Source: Eledone cirrhosa | Taxonomy: Eukaryota | DNA length: 64,000 nucleotides | Direction of reading: 5' to 3' | Assembly (NCBI GenBank): GCA_964016885.1 | Contig: OZ024746.1 | Location: forward strand, 19,468,001 to 19,532,000 | Part shown: one piece after another, positions 27,785 through 41,541 of the stretch | Position numbering within the stretch: the first letter of the stretch is position 1 | How the letters are laid out: every line of letters starts with the position of its first letter | Notes under the pieces: model-generated | Seen by the model: the letters and a program-made list of their open reading frames with translations, nothing else | What the model was told of the DNA's origin: nothing | The model's database searches: none | Translations under genes and position numbers: made by a program

Positions 27785-28920
27785 ACGTTCTAAGTTCAAA
27801 TCCTGCAGCAGTTAGCTTTGCTTTTCATCCTTACAGGTGTCAATAAAATAAAGTACCAGTAATGCACTGGAGTTGATTTAATTGACTTTACAATTCCCTT
27901 CCCCAAAGTTGTTGGCCTTGTGCCTAAATCAGAAACCATTATTATTATTTTTATTTTTGGCAGTATCGGTAGAGGGTCGGACGCAATGCTTTGAAACAAA
28001 GAGTTACGGCCCTTTATGGTCTGAGTTCAAATCCCGCCGAGGTTAACTTTGCTTTTCATCCTTACGGGGTTGATAAAATAAAGTACTAGTAATACACTGA
28101 GATATTTGCTGGCCTTGTGCCAAAAGTAGAAACAACTATTATTTTAATTTTTACGTTCTGAGTTGAAATCCTGCCGAGGTTAGTTTTTCCTTTCATCCTT
28201 ACGGGAGTCGATAAAATTAAGTACCAGTAATGCACTGGGGTTGATTTAATTGATTTTTACCCACCCCCAAAATTGTTGGCCTTGTGTCTAAATCAGAAAA
28301 TATTGTTGTAGCAATGTTGAATTAAATGAAGTAGTCCCCCCCCCCCCACCGCATCAGTTATAAGTAAGTCTCCCAAAGTTTGATAGAATAAACCCCACCA
28401 ATTGTATTTGTCTCTGGATCAGTAAACTGTATTTATTGCTGGTATCTACCTGTCTATTGTAGGGGCCAATAACGTTGTTTGAACTCCCTGTAGTCACCTA
28501 CTAATATATAATACGCTTGTGTATTTACATTATTCTATACGCATACAAGAGGGCGGTGGTTTGGCAGAATCGGTAGAGCGTCGGACAACACATGCTCTGT
28601 GACATAGAATTACGTCTCTTTACGTTCTGTAGTTTAAATCCCGCTGAGATTAGCTTTGCCTCTCATCCTTATGGGGGCGATAATATAAAGTACCAGTATC
28701 ACTCTGGGGTCGATTTAATCTACTTTTCCCCCCTCCTCTAAAGTTGTTGGCCTTGTGCCTAAAATCAGGAACCATTATTTTACACCGGCCCTTGCCATTC
28801 TGAGTTCAAATCCCGCCGAGGTTAACTTTGCCTTTCATCCTTACGGGGTCGATAAAATAAAGTACCAGTAATACACTGGGTAATTTGCTGGCCTTGTGCC
28901 TAAAGTAGAAACAATTATTT
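27785..28920 (+). mobile_element. Cluster of about five tandem SINE family A copies
   Basis: Repeated gagttcaaatcc..ctttcatccttacggggtcgataaaataaagtaccag..ggccttgtgcc. Confidence 0.8.
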
Positions 28921-29984
28921 TACACACATATACATGTAAACATGGTTGCTTGTGTGTGAACAAAATATACCTGGCAAGGTCACTGGAGATTTCTGAAATC
29001 AGTGTGTGTGTGTGGATGTATACACACGCCAATTTCATCGCTGTGATTATTTCTTATTTTATTTCTTCTTCTCCTCACAGTTTCTCACATCTAGTGCGAT
29101 TGTTGTTTTTGGGTCGCCCCTCCCTTTCGTTCTACGTCTCCTGTTGTGATTTCATATGTTCCTTCCCCCTCTCACTCTCTGTCTCTCTCACTTTCTTCTA
29201 TCGCTCTTTCACTCCCACTCCCCCCCTCTCTCTCTCTCCCCCCTCTCTCTCTCTCCGGCTCTATGACTCATCACCAACCCACGATTTAACGCCACCACCG
29301 TCTACCTATAGCACCCTCAACAAATCAGTCAGTCAGATTACCCCCCCCCCCCGCGCTCACCTTCGTCTACTTCCACACTGACTAGTCTGTTTGTTGTTGT
29401 TGTTGTTGCCTTTAACCAACACACACACTATACCCTCACCCTCTCAACTCCCCCCTCCCTTACATCCCTTCTTTCTGCTCACGGTGAGGCAATTTTTTTT
29501 GTCGGTAGATTTTTTTGCGTGATTTCATTTTATATTTCAACAGCACACTTTATTATTATCATTATATTTAGAATTTCCTATTTTTTTTTTCCTGTCGTTT
29601 AATTTGTTCAGTGAAGTAAAAAATAGGAAAAGAAACAATATATATATATATATATATGTGTGTATATGGGTCATAAAAGAACGTAATTAGATAACATCCT
29701 GGTCGTTTTTTGGTTGGTTGCCTTTTGAAGGTATAGAGTGAAAGAAAATGTCTTTCATTTCTCTATTTCACCCCTAGGTATTATTTTACAATAATCATTT
29801 CCGAGACTACGGCATTTGACCATTATTACCAACCACATCAGTATGGTAAAAGAAATGATAGATACAATAGTGGATTAAACGTAAGTTTCGGCTACAAACT
29901 TAAAAAGCTTGCGATTCAAGTACCGCTTAAATTAATTGTTTATTTCAACATTTTTATCACGTTTGATAAATTTTTTTTTCAGTT

Positions 29985-30185
29985 AACTTCTTCTTTTACC
30001 TGGATGATAAAGTCCTCAAACACCCCTTCCAGCGAGTCCTGTCAGAAGCAACTGTCACAAATTGATCCGGCTGTGTCCCCAAGCAAGTCCTACCGAGCTC
30101 GTGGTTGTTATCCAACCATTCTTGCTCGGGGTCTACTTCTGGTTCTCCTGTCGGTTGGTTTTGCTCGTAAGATCTGGCCAGCGAT
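29985..30185 (-). mobile_element. RTE-like LINE 3' end (family shared with 56207-57041 and 62150-62534)
   Basis: agtcctcaaacac..cagaagcaactgtc..gatccggctg..ggttggttttgctc homology. Confidence 0.7.
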
Positions 30186-30814
30186 TATTTTTCAATTGAC
30201 AAATTTAAAACGAAAACCCACACATTTCACAATAATTCTAGTAGATAAAATTTTGTATTTCTTTTTTATGTTTTTTTTTTTAACCAACATTTCAGAACTG
30301 CCTAGTAACATAAGAAGCCAAGTGTTTTGCAATATAAAGTTTTTATTCTAGATTTAATTTAATTGAGAAAAGCGTTGTAATAAAATCTTCTAACTTTTAG
30401 GTTTTGTATCCAAAACTTTAAGTCGCCCCAATAAGACTGCTTTCAAGTATATATTATATTAGATTCTGACTTGAAAAAATAATCTGGGAGATTATAGAAA
30501 AACAAAACACACCATTAAAGGGAACGAAAAAAAAAATGAAAAGAAAAAAAGAATCAAGCAATGAAAGAACGGGTGAGGGGTAGGGAAAGACCCTACACCC
30601 CAGTCTGAGCGGTGCTTCAGTTGCGCCCCGCGGACAAAACAGCAAAGATGTTACCACGGAGAATGGCCAGACACAGCCACAGCACCTCATGAATCTCCCT
30701 CCTCAAGAATGTAAAGGATGTCTCTGAATACTGCAAGGCATTTAATCAATCCCTTCACCGAGTTTGCTGTTCACTGAGCTTATATGTGCTGTAGGAAAGA
30801 AGGAATCGATCAAC

Positions 30815-31048
30815 TAGATTCCAGACCTCATTCGCTTACCGAGTTGGGTTGACCTCGACAAATAGGACCAAAGAAACAACATTTCCATTGGTCTTTCCAT
30901 TGCTGATACTATATACCGGTTGCAACTCCTGGCAGAAAGAACAACGTGAAATAAAGTTTCTTGTTCAAGGTCATAACGCATTGCCCAGTCTGGGAATCGA
31001 ATCCGCAACCACGAATTGCGAGTTCAATCCTCTAACCACTCAGCCACG
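30815..31048 (-). mobile_element. SINE family C (tRNA head, CORE-like, gaaagaccaatggaaac tail)
   Basis: Homologous copies at 40615-40805, 43695-44035 and 58600-58800. Confidence 0.7.
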
Positions 31049-31799
31049 TGAAAAATATATCTTGCTTTACACCAGTAACTTCTTTTTAGATGTCATTGAC
31101 CCGACGTTGATATCGATAACATATATTGTCAATCAGTCCTCGTCTTACATTATCAGTAAAAATATATCAACATATTTGCTTTTTAAACGTAATTTATTTT
31201 ATCACAGCATGTCATGTAAATGTTTTGCTGTCCTGGCAGACAAAATGATGAATGTACTACTCTGAGAGATGGTGAGGAAAAATGTGCTGAAACAGACATT
31301 CCGCTTCGTTGGGTTAATTCTTGTGATGGCCATCTCTACCTAAGTTTACTGAGAAATAAGGTGGTTTAGGAGACATAGACATTGCATATTTCTACCACTC
31401 TAAATTTGAGAAGAAACGTTTTCAGCAAGAGAATATATCACTGCAGGTTGCATCTTAGATTAGATACTTACCGTATCAGAACAAAGATTGTCGTGCCATT
31501 TGGTATTTTGCCGTCCCCTCAGCTAACCTCACCAATTCTAGTTGTAATGTAAAACTGACGGAGTTCAAAGTAGGTTTAACGATATCATTGAGAGAGGCCT
31601 GCTGAAGGAGGGGGTCAACACTGAGATGGAATGACAATGGTTGGAGTCTGAAGACATCTGTAGATCTGCAATAGTATTTGTGACATTTTCAGAATTGAAA
31701 AGTTCATGCCAGAGTGAAATACTTATTCAGAGACTGTCGTTCTCCAGAATGGCTCTCAACCGTTTCTTCAATGGAAATTACGAAGGTTTCGTTGTTAGA

Positions 31800-32030
31800 G
31801 CTAATGTTCGTACTTTATGGCACGAAGGAATGAAAACCGTTTGATTGGCCTGGATGAAAGAAGCGAGGTGTTGGGTGGCAACAAAACCACAATTTTGGTC
31901 TTTGACGAACCGGAATGGGCGTGTGCTACTCGATTTCAAGCGGATGTCTGCAACTTTTCAATAACACTTTGCTCAAATTGTGATGGACTGGAGACGGTAG
32001 TGGACTTTGGCGTCTTCCTTGATGACATGC
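31800..32030 (-). pseudogene. Possible decayed pogo/Tigger-type DDE transposase relic
   Basis: Minus translation AH..KIVVLLPPNTS then, shifted, FIQANQTV, resembling DDE_1 'VVFLPPNTTSxxQPxDQ'; stops and frameshift. Confidence 0.3.
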
Positions 32031-34567
32031 CGCCGTTCTCGGCAGACAGTAAGAAGTGCGACGAAAAGCCAATAACAACAGCTGTGCTGTATTCCAACAT
32101 ATGCTGTGGGCATCCTGCTTTTATCCAAAGACTACATTATCCAATGCATCTTTTCTAAAGCAGTGGGCGTGATTTTAAGGAGACTTGGTTGCTATTTTTA
32201 GCAGGCTAAGCAACCATTGCAATTATTGTATCAAATTCAATCGTCATTACTTACTCCATCACCACCACAACCACTTCCTACTCCAGCACTTAAATTAACT
32301 CTCATTAAGGTGGCGAGTTGGCAGAGTTGCTAGACCGTCGGATAAAATGTTTTGTGGTATTCATTATGACTCTCTGCTCTCTGAGTTCAGATCCCATCAA
32401 GGTCAATTTTGTCTTTCATCATTTCGAGGTCGATTCTTCCTCTCTGTATCTCTTTCTCACTTCCATTTTCCCACTCTCTATCCTTCTCTGGAAGAAATCT
32501 TCTGTATTCAGACTTGGAGTGATGGGCTCCGCCAGGCTTAAAATTTCCAAGAAACGCCACATGCTAATACAGCGCCCCTGCGACTTCACTCGGAGTTATG
32601 GGACCATACCATGCAAAGCAAATCTATCATCAAAAGCAATCAAGCTATGCTCAGTGTGTCTTTTATTAAAATATATAGGATCACCTTTTCTAGTGTGCCT
32701 TTCTCAGCTAGTCGGGTGTAATTTGAGGGCTATTTGGCAACTATTTCTTACGTCTTACGGGTTGAATGACCACATTAGGCTATTATTTGGAAGGTAACAT
32801 AGCGAAAGGTTCTAAAATTACGATGAACAATTTTAATTTACACAAAGACTTTTTCAAACATACGTGTCCATTGTTCAACATAATTTGTCAGCTGTGCCAT
32901 GAAGAGAGCTAATTGAGTAGAGTCAATAAGGTTTAATAAAGAAATAGCGATCGATACAAATGAATTATAGGTGGAGTTAGTGAGCAATTTAGAAAAAAGG
33001 TCATTGCAACGAAAATGGCTCCTTGGTGGTTTCTTCAATGGAAATTACATTACGAATGGACACTTTCACAAACCCACTTTGGGCTGGTGAGAGATGTCTT
33101 TTCTTGAGAAAATGGGTATAGCTTTCCTTATGTAAAATCTACCCATTTTGCCTCATTTCTCCTCGTTTTGGGGCACCTTTTTTCATGGTACTCCCCGTTT
33201 GTGATTTTGGAGGTTGGCAGCTCTGGAATGGACACTTTCATACAGACCGTATTTGTGTTTATAATAGAACCAGAATAAGGCATAGGTAGGTTGGTATCAC
33301 AAGGGTTTTACATTAGTCATTAACATACACCAAGAACCCTGTGGTGTTTCGCTCCATAATTCATTAAATTAAGGATCAATTTGGTCAGCTGCAAGTCACA
33401 AACTTGTCACACTGTCACTTATAATTTTTCTTCTCTGTGTCAATAATAAAGTGAAATATGAAATGAAATAATAAAAAAAAATCCTCCTAATTCAGTCTTT
33501 GTTATTATTTTTCAATTGTTCTCGCTCTTCATTGTTGTTGTTGTTGTTATTGTTGTTTTCTTCTGTGAATTTGTAGAGTGGGGGAGGGGGGAGGGAGCAT
33601 TCTGACAGATTAATTTGCTCCGATAAAAAAAAAAATGGGTCTAATGCTAATATCTTACCCTCCCCTTCTTCTGCTCTCTTCTCATTTAGTCTGTATTCAG
33701 TGTTCTTTGAATGAATGTCTAACAGCTGTTTAAGATATAGGAGTAGGTGGAAGTGGTGATGGTGGTAGTGGGGGTGTGTGTGTGTAGGGGGGGTGATAGT
33801 GATGGTGGTCGTGAAGGTGATGGTGGTGGTACTGGTGGTGATGGTGGTGGTGATGATCGTGAAGATTTTGATGGCGATGGTGATGGTAATTGTAGTGAAG
33901 GGGCCGCCAGCAGGAGGGGAAGAGGGGAGAAAGAAGTAAATTTTTCAGTTTTGCTTGTTATAAATATCAGATACATTGTTTTATGCTTTGTAAAGAATAT
34001 CTTTTTGTTGACATTTCTTGCATCAAACTGCTTAAGATTTCCAGAAATGTCAAAAGGCGTGTAAGAAAACGGAAATACATATATAATATTCACACGCACA
34101 TGAACACAGACACACACACACACAGACACACACAGACACAGGCACATACAGACATAGACATACACATACATACACACATGAACACACACAGACCCACACA
34201 GACATACACACATACAGACAGACTCGCACATACACACAGACACATACTTACACACACACTCGTTCACACATACACATACACACATATATATATATATGTA
34301 TATATATATATTCTCTTTCCTTTAATTTTGAGTCTATTTTTAACCGGCCACCTTCCCGGTGGCAAAGTTGTAAAGAAAAGGAAATTGTTGCCGTCTCTTG
34401 TGTAAGTGTTCGCCTTTGAATCGTAAGAATGTTTCACTTATTTTGAATGTTCCAGATATCGCGGCCATTTGTTGCTTATTGATTAAAGAGCTACGTTCTT
34501 TCTCAACAAATCTAAGTTCACTTATACTTTGGCCCAGGTGGGTTGGTATATAACCTCTAGCTTCAAT

Positions 34568-34760
34568 AATAATTGTTTCTACTTTTGGCACAAAGCCAGC
34601 AATTACCCAGTGTATTACTGGTACTTTATTTTATCGACCCCCCCCCCCCATAAGGATGAAAGGCAAAGTTAACCTCGGCGGGATTTGAACTCAGAATGGC
34701 AAGGACCGTAACTCTATGCGTCAAAGCATGGCGTCCGTCCCTCTACCGATACTGCCAATG
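34568..34760 (-). mobile_element. SINE family A
   Basis: Core and tail match. Confidence 0.8.
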
Positions 34761-35794
34761 GGTATGGAACTGAATGTATATCTTGGATACTGGATCTGCA
34801 AACTCTTTATCAATGGTCTATAGATATCCTCCTTCTCTTGCATCCTTACAACGTTGACATCAAGTGAGCTGCTGACTTCTACAACAGAGCATGTTTTTAA
34901 TGTGTCGTCCCAAACAACAATATTGGTTTAGTTGTGTTTTCATTTGGTCGTAGTTTTTATTTTTAGTTACCACCAGTATTACTTTGAGCAATCAATCTTA
35001 ACATATTCCCCACTATTTGATTTGATTTTCGTCTTCCATAATGCATTCCAGATTGTTCTAGCTATCATATCATGCCTCATGGGGAGATAGTAATGAGAAA
35101 ACAATCTTTCAAATTTAGTAATAATGTAGCTAACATAATCGATTTTTATTTTTCACAGCCTACTTTTAGTGTCAATTGATAACCTTCCTTTTTTGTGCAG
35201 TAGGTACTTGGTGGGGATTTCTTGTTCCTGGATTGCATGGTGGTATCCTTCAAGATTGGATGTTATGAATCTTATTGGAACACATTGCCAGGCTTTTACT
35301 ATGGCAAATCCCCTCTATGGTCTGTATTTTTCGTCTCAAGTTCACATGTACAGCTTAGTAAATTGGCCTATTTTGAAATTTTGATCGAGCATTCAGTAGT
35401 CTTCCAATGTTCTTGGGAGGGAGATTTCTATCGGTTTTTATTTCGTGTCTCTCCTCTAGATCAGTGACTACATGTATCTTTTTCTGGTTTCATATTTATA
35501 TAAATTTTTACCAACACAGAGAGAGTCGGTTTATAACATAGACACAAGACTCTTTCATTGGAATTTAGACAACATTAGCTAGGTAGATGTGTATGCGTGC
35601 ATGTGTGTGTGTGTAGGTACGTATGTTATTGTATGTGTGGATATGGATGTTTTGAGTTGTATATGTACATATGCATATGTTTTGCATCTGTACGTGTGTG
35701 TATGCAGTTATTACATGCAGAATTTTTGGAATGTTTTACATATTTTTTTACTGTTTCATCAATAGATTGTACTTGTAATTTCCTAACTAGCCGT

Positions 35795-35867
<73 letters not shown>

Positions 35868-36335
35868 CAACACAGATACAATCGCACAGTCATTAGTTTC
35901 ATGCTTATATATGTGTGTGTGTATGTGTGTGAATTACATTTCTTCGCTGTGATAAGAATGAAATGTGAAGTGTAAACATTGTCAACGATTCATCTCCACA
36001 GAAAAAAAAAATGAGATTATCTTTTTGCGCATTTCAATAACAACAGTGTTATGGTTCAGGATATTTTTAGATGGCGTGACAAAGGACGCAACCTTATCTA
36101 TCTTACATTGGAAAGGAGTACAAACTCTTCGTACTCCTGGAGATGAGGGTTGCACATTTTTTCGGGGGTATGTGTTACCATATAAACTGTCTCCCCCTAT
36201 TGGGGAAAATCGACTAACTTTTTAAATTACATTTGTGATAACATTTTACACGTTTTTATTGTATGTAAACTTCCCCCTTTGTATTTGTCCCTTTCTTTTG
36301 TGCCCCTGTGGCTAATAAAGAAACATATCTTACAT

Positions 36336-36950
36336 TGGCAGCTTCGATAGAGCGTCAGACAGCATGATTTGCGGTATAGAGTTGCCCCCCTTTACGTTCT
36401 GAGTTGAAATCCCACCGAGGTTAGCTTTGCCTTTCATCCTCACGATAAAATAAAGTACCAGTAATGCACTGGGGTTGATTTAATCAACTTTCCCCTCCCC
36501 CCCAAATTGCTGGCTTTGTGCCTAAATCTGAAAACATTATCTATCTTACAGAAATGGCTACGGCCTTTCAATGACAAGGTTTCATCATATGTGTGTGTGT
36601 GCACAAACATATATGTATGTGTAGATACACACAGACATATATGTGTGTGTATATATACACACAAACATATATATATATATTGATATTTAAATTCAGTGTT
36701 TAGAAGGCGAAAAATTAATTAGTAAAATAAAAATATAATGGTTCTTGATTTAGGCACAAAGCCAATCATTTTTTGGAGGGTGGGGTGGCGTGGTTCGATT
36801 AAATCTACCTCAATGCGTTACTGGTACTTTATTTTATCGACCCTGTAAGGATGAAAGGTAAAAACCCACATCGGCGGGATCTGAACTCCGAACATAAAGA
36901 GACGTAACTCTATGCGGCAAAGCAAGTAGTTGGACGCTCTACCGATTATT
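36336..36950. mobile_element. Inverted pair of SINE family A copies (+ 36336-36540, - 36735-36950)
   Basis: Same core in opposite orientations about 200 bp apart. Confidence 0.75.
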
Positions 36951-38177
36951 GCCTTTATGAAATGAAATATGAAAGAAACTTTTTAGTATGTACTTTTAAT
37001 GTAACACTTTCAGCAGCTAAATTCTAACTCCATTCAAATATATTACAATATTTTAAACAGGTTTTGGTACTATTTCTATCAGAATTACAGTATTTTAAAC
37101 ATGACATTGTGTGTGACAAAGCTGGCCTCTGGAATTACAGGTACAATACATCTTGTATTGTAGTGTAAGTGGCCGAGCATTCCACATATATGTGTACCTG
37201 TTACGTAATTCTCAGGGAGATTTAGCGGAACATAGTATGTGACAAACCTGGCTTCTGGAATTTCAGGTATTGTCCATCCTACTGGTTTCAAAACAATTTC
37301 TCTCTACCCAATTTCACTCAGAAGGAATAGGTTGACCCTAAGCTATATTGGATAACAGTGGTATCGAACCCGGGACCTGTTGAGTGTGAAGCGAATCTCT
37401 TAATCATTCGGCCATGCTGTGCCCACATGAAATGTAATATACAGCATTGTCTTGTTATTTGGAAAGGCATGAACACCACATCTTAACATTTCCATCTTTT
37501 GCAAAAGTCTAAAGCTTCGTGAATATATGAGAAATTACACGTACACAATTGTTTACACGTCTCTGTATCTCTCTCTCTCTCTCCCTGTCTCTCTTTCTCC
37601 CTGTATGTACGTATGTACGTACGTATGTATATATGTATGTATGTACGTATGTATATATATATATGTATGTATGTATGTAGAAATTGTTTGCCATATGTTA
37701 GTAAGCCAATTGCTAAAGTTAAGTTCTAGGTCAAAGCAAACCTCTCAAGATCCTATATATTTAATGACTTTTAAATCTGTATTTCACCTTTCTTCTTCTC
37801 TACCAAATTACACAAAAATCTCAGCTTGTGACGGTGTGATGCACCCTTTGCATATGTTTCTAGCGTCTGCAACTTCCTCACGCAACATTAGAATACAGTA
37901 AACAAGGAACTGTGCATCAAAGGACTATATGCTAACCACTGACTATCTCTCTGTCTCTCTCGTCTCCTGTTTTCTTTTATTTTGTATTTCTCAGCATGAG
38001 TACTGTTTATTTATCTTTCTCCTCCACCCCTGCCACAACCATTACCACACCATCATCATATCTTTTAAAATAGTCCTCCTTGTCTTTTTCTCTATCTTTC
38101 TGATCATTGTCTTCTTTATACACACATTGACTTAAACACTTTATACTCCTCTTTCTTTCTCTTTTACTTTCATTTTA

Positions 38178-38730
38178 GCAGTACCGGTAGAGGGTCGGAC
38201 GCTATGCTTTGACGCATGGAGTTACGGCCCTTGCCATTCTGAGTTCAAATCCCTCCGAGGTTAACTTTGCCTTTCATCCTTACAGGGTCGATAAAATAAA
38301 GTACCAGTAATGCACTGGTTATTTGCTGGCCTTGTGCCAAAAGTAGAAACAATTATATTTGTGTATTACTTAGGGTGGTGGATTGGCAGTATCGGTAGGG
38401 GGTTGGACACTATGCTTTGACGCATGGAGTTACGGCCCTTGCCATTCTGAGTTCAAATCCCGCCGAGGTTAACTTTGCCTTTCATCCTTACGGGGTCGAT
38501 AAAATAAAGTACCAGTAATGCACTGAGTAATTGCTGGCCTTGTGCCAGAAAGTAGCAATTATATTTGTGTATTACTTGCTCCTGTAGGCGTCGAATTGAC
38601 AGAGTCGTTAGAACGTCGGATAGAATGATTTGTGGCATTGGTTCCGACGCTCTGCTCCCTGAGTTCAAATCCTGTCAACGTCAACTTTGCTTTTCATCCA
38701 TTCGAGGTCGATAAAAAAACTACCAGTCTA
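38178..38730 (+). mobile_element. Tandem SINE family A copies (two near-identical, including flank, plus one older)
   Basis: caattatatttgtgtattactt repeated after each copy. Confidence 0.8.
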
Positions 38731-38757
38731 GTACTCGTGTCGATTAGTACTGCAGGA

Positions 38758-38805
<48 letters not shown>

Positions 38806-38939
38806 TCCATATATATATATATATGAATGTATGTATGTATATATATGTATATATGTATATATATATATGTGTATATATATATGCATGTATGTATGTATAT
38901 ATATGTATATATATATATATATAAATATAGACATGTATG

Positions 38940-38993
<54 letters not shown>

Positions 38994-39333
38994 CAAGGTT
39001 TAGCAAATAAGAAAAAGTTTCAAAATAAATTTCAAAAAATTCACTGTACTTACTATGGTTACCTTTACGGAAACGGTTTCGAGTCTCAAAAATAAATAGA
39101 TAGTCCTTGCGGGCCTCCATTGAAAAGATAAACCTTCGTTTATAAAATTCCCGAGTTCGAATTACGAACTGGCGCTATTCAAAATTGTTCCCGAGATGAG
39201 AATGAATGATGTGGAAGCAATTCTGTCCAGTGCCGTGTGCAAAGATAGGAGGTAGAGGCAGAGAGGTCAATCTACTACCACTATAAATAGCAGTAGTCAA
39301 AACGACCAAATTTTATCTCGACCAGGGGGAGAT

Positions 39334-39571
39334 TAATAATAATAAAGTATATATCCCTATACGCAAAAAACGTATAGGGACACATGTATTATCCAACCAT
39401 ATGCACATGTGGTTCAATGGCAGGTTAATAAATTAACGAGCCAGAACATACCTTGATTATATATGTTCTGGCTGGTTAATTTATTAACCTGCCATTGAAC
39501 CACATGTGCATATGGTTGGATAATACATGTGTCCCTATACGTTTTTTGCGTGTAGGGATATATACTTTATT

Positions 39572-39578
<7 letters not shown>
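39334..39578. repeat. Near-perfect fold-back, 117-bp arms, 11-nt loop
   Basis: 39334-39450 is the reverse complement of 39462-39578 (two mismatches); internal hairpin tccctatacg-caaaaaa-cgtataggga. Confidence 0.9.
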
Positions 39579-39603
<25 letters not shown>

Positions 39604-39829
39604 TATATATAATTATATGAGAATAAACGTGCTGGGGAGTTGCAAATGGGTTACATATGAATAAAGTGGTCCTTCATCAGTGATCTTCCAACCATCATCG
39701 GTATTTCTTCGCTTTAAAGACCATATACCTCCGGCTGGTGCGAGCAACGGCTAAAGAAAGTCGTTGGGACATGTAAATAAAGGGAACAGCGAGAGTGTAA
39801 ACAAACAAAGATGGTGAAGCAACGAAAAG

Positions 39830-39867
<38 letters not shown>

Positions 39868-39873
<6 letters not shown>

Positions 39874-40002
39874 AAGAATGAAGAACAACATGGTCGGATG
39901 TACAAAAAGGGTTTTATTTACAGTATTAACAATTGTTTCCTTGATCAGGTGAGTCTAAAGGCCGCTAATCACTCGAAGTTGCGTCCCTCGACCTTAAATA
40001 CA

Positions 40003-40040
<38 letters not shown>

Positions 40041-40201
40041 CCGATGATTTGATCAGAGACACACACTGTATTTAAGGTCGAGTGACGCAACTTCGAGTGA
40101 TTAGCGGCCTTTAGACTCACCTGATCAAGGAAACAATTGTTAATACTGTAAATAAAACTCTTTTTGTACAGCCGACCATGTTGTTCTTCATTCTTTCACT
40201 A
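39868..40201. mobile_element. Fold-back (~139-bp arms) around (TA)n carrying a hammerhead with a long stem II insert
   Basis: 39868-40006 is the reverse complement of 40063-40201; tatt CCGATGA tttgatcag...ctgatcaag GAAA caattg TT aata. Confidence 0.75.
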
Positions 40202-40213
40202 TATATATATATT

Positions 40214-40265
<52 letters not shown>

Positions 40266-40347
40266 AAAATTAAACGGACAAAACACAACAGACGATGAAG
40301 TACAAAGAAGGTATATATTAGTTTCACGCTTAATATAGTAGGAAAAG

Positions 40348-40383
40348 TCTTAACGTTTCGGACGCTAGTCTTTCTTCAGAAGA
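40348..40383 (-). ncRNA. Minimal Penelope-type hammerhead
   Basis: tctt CTGAAGA aagac-tagc-gtcc GAAA cg TT aaga; palindromic AACGTT stem III. Confidence 0.7.
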
Positions 40384-41167
40384 AAGAATGAAACATTAAA
40401 GAAGAAATAGAAAGATAGATGAGAGTGAGCAAGAGTAGAAACGAAAAAATTTTCTTCGAGAAAAATCGCGATCGTTCATTTCCCCATTCCCCATCTCATA
40501 GAAAACTTTTGATAGGAGCGTTTATGGTGTAGGAAGTTCCAGTTTGCCATCTTTTGAAAGGCTGTGCTTCAAAACATCTTATATATATATATATATATAA
40601 AAGGAACGATCGACTTTCGTCAAATCGGACCGGGGGAACAATGTTTCCGTTGGTCTTTCCAATTGCTAATACTATCTATCGGTCGCAACTCCAGGTAGAA
40701 GGAGCAACGTGAAATAAAGTGTCTTGCTCAAGGACATAACGCATCGCCTGGTCCAGGAATCGAACTCACAGCCTTACGATTGCGAATCCAATTCTCTAAC
40801 CACTCATACATATGAATAAAATGGCGAGCTGTATGGTTGCATTTAAGTATAATGAAAATAAAAGTTACGGGCGAAAGGGTAATATCCATCATCAGTTGTC
40901 TGCTAGGAATCATAGGCATTTCTTCGCGTTAGAGACAAGATACCTCAGCCTAGGGCGAACAATAACTAAAATAAGTATATATGCCCAGCATGGCCTCAGT
41001 CGGATGGCTGGAATAGGTAAAAGAGTAAAAGAGTATATATATATATATACACACACACATGCACACGCGCGTCCGTTCGTGCGTCTTTTCTCCGATCTAT
41101 TCATATATTTATCTATTTATATATCCAGTTACATATTTGTAGTAACATCTGTCGATATGTATATACA

Positions 41168-41363
41168 TACGAGGGGCTGCTGAAAAGTTCCTGGCTTTAA
41201 GGGTATCACCAAAGAGCAGAGCTGTTACATTTACAAGGGAGGTAGGACCGCTGCAACAAGTGTGTGAATCTGAGAAGGGAATATGTTGAAAAAAATCAAA
41301 ATTAACTGACCCTCCCGTATTTTCTTTTACCCAAAGTCAGGAACTTTTCAACACCCCCTCGTA
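41168..41363. mobile_element. mariner-type MITE
   Basis: TA-cgagggg.tg.tgaaaagttcctg / caggaacttttcaacaccccctcg-TA TIRs. Confidence 0.75.
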
Positions 41364-41495
41364 TATTTATCTTTTTTTATCAATCTTTTAATCTTTCTAT
41401 TTGTCCACCATACTCTTACTGTCCCTCTCTTACATTTATATTTCTGTCTCCACCACTTCCTAATCTCTCATTTTAGCTCTGCCCCCCCCCCCCCC

Positions 41496-41541
<46 letters not shown>

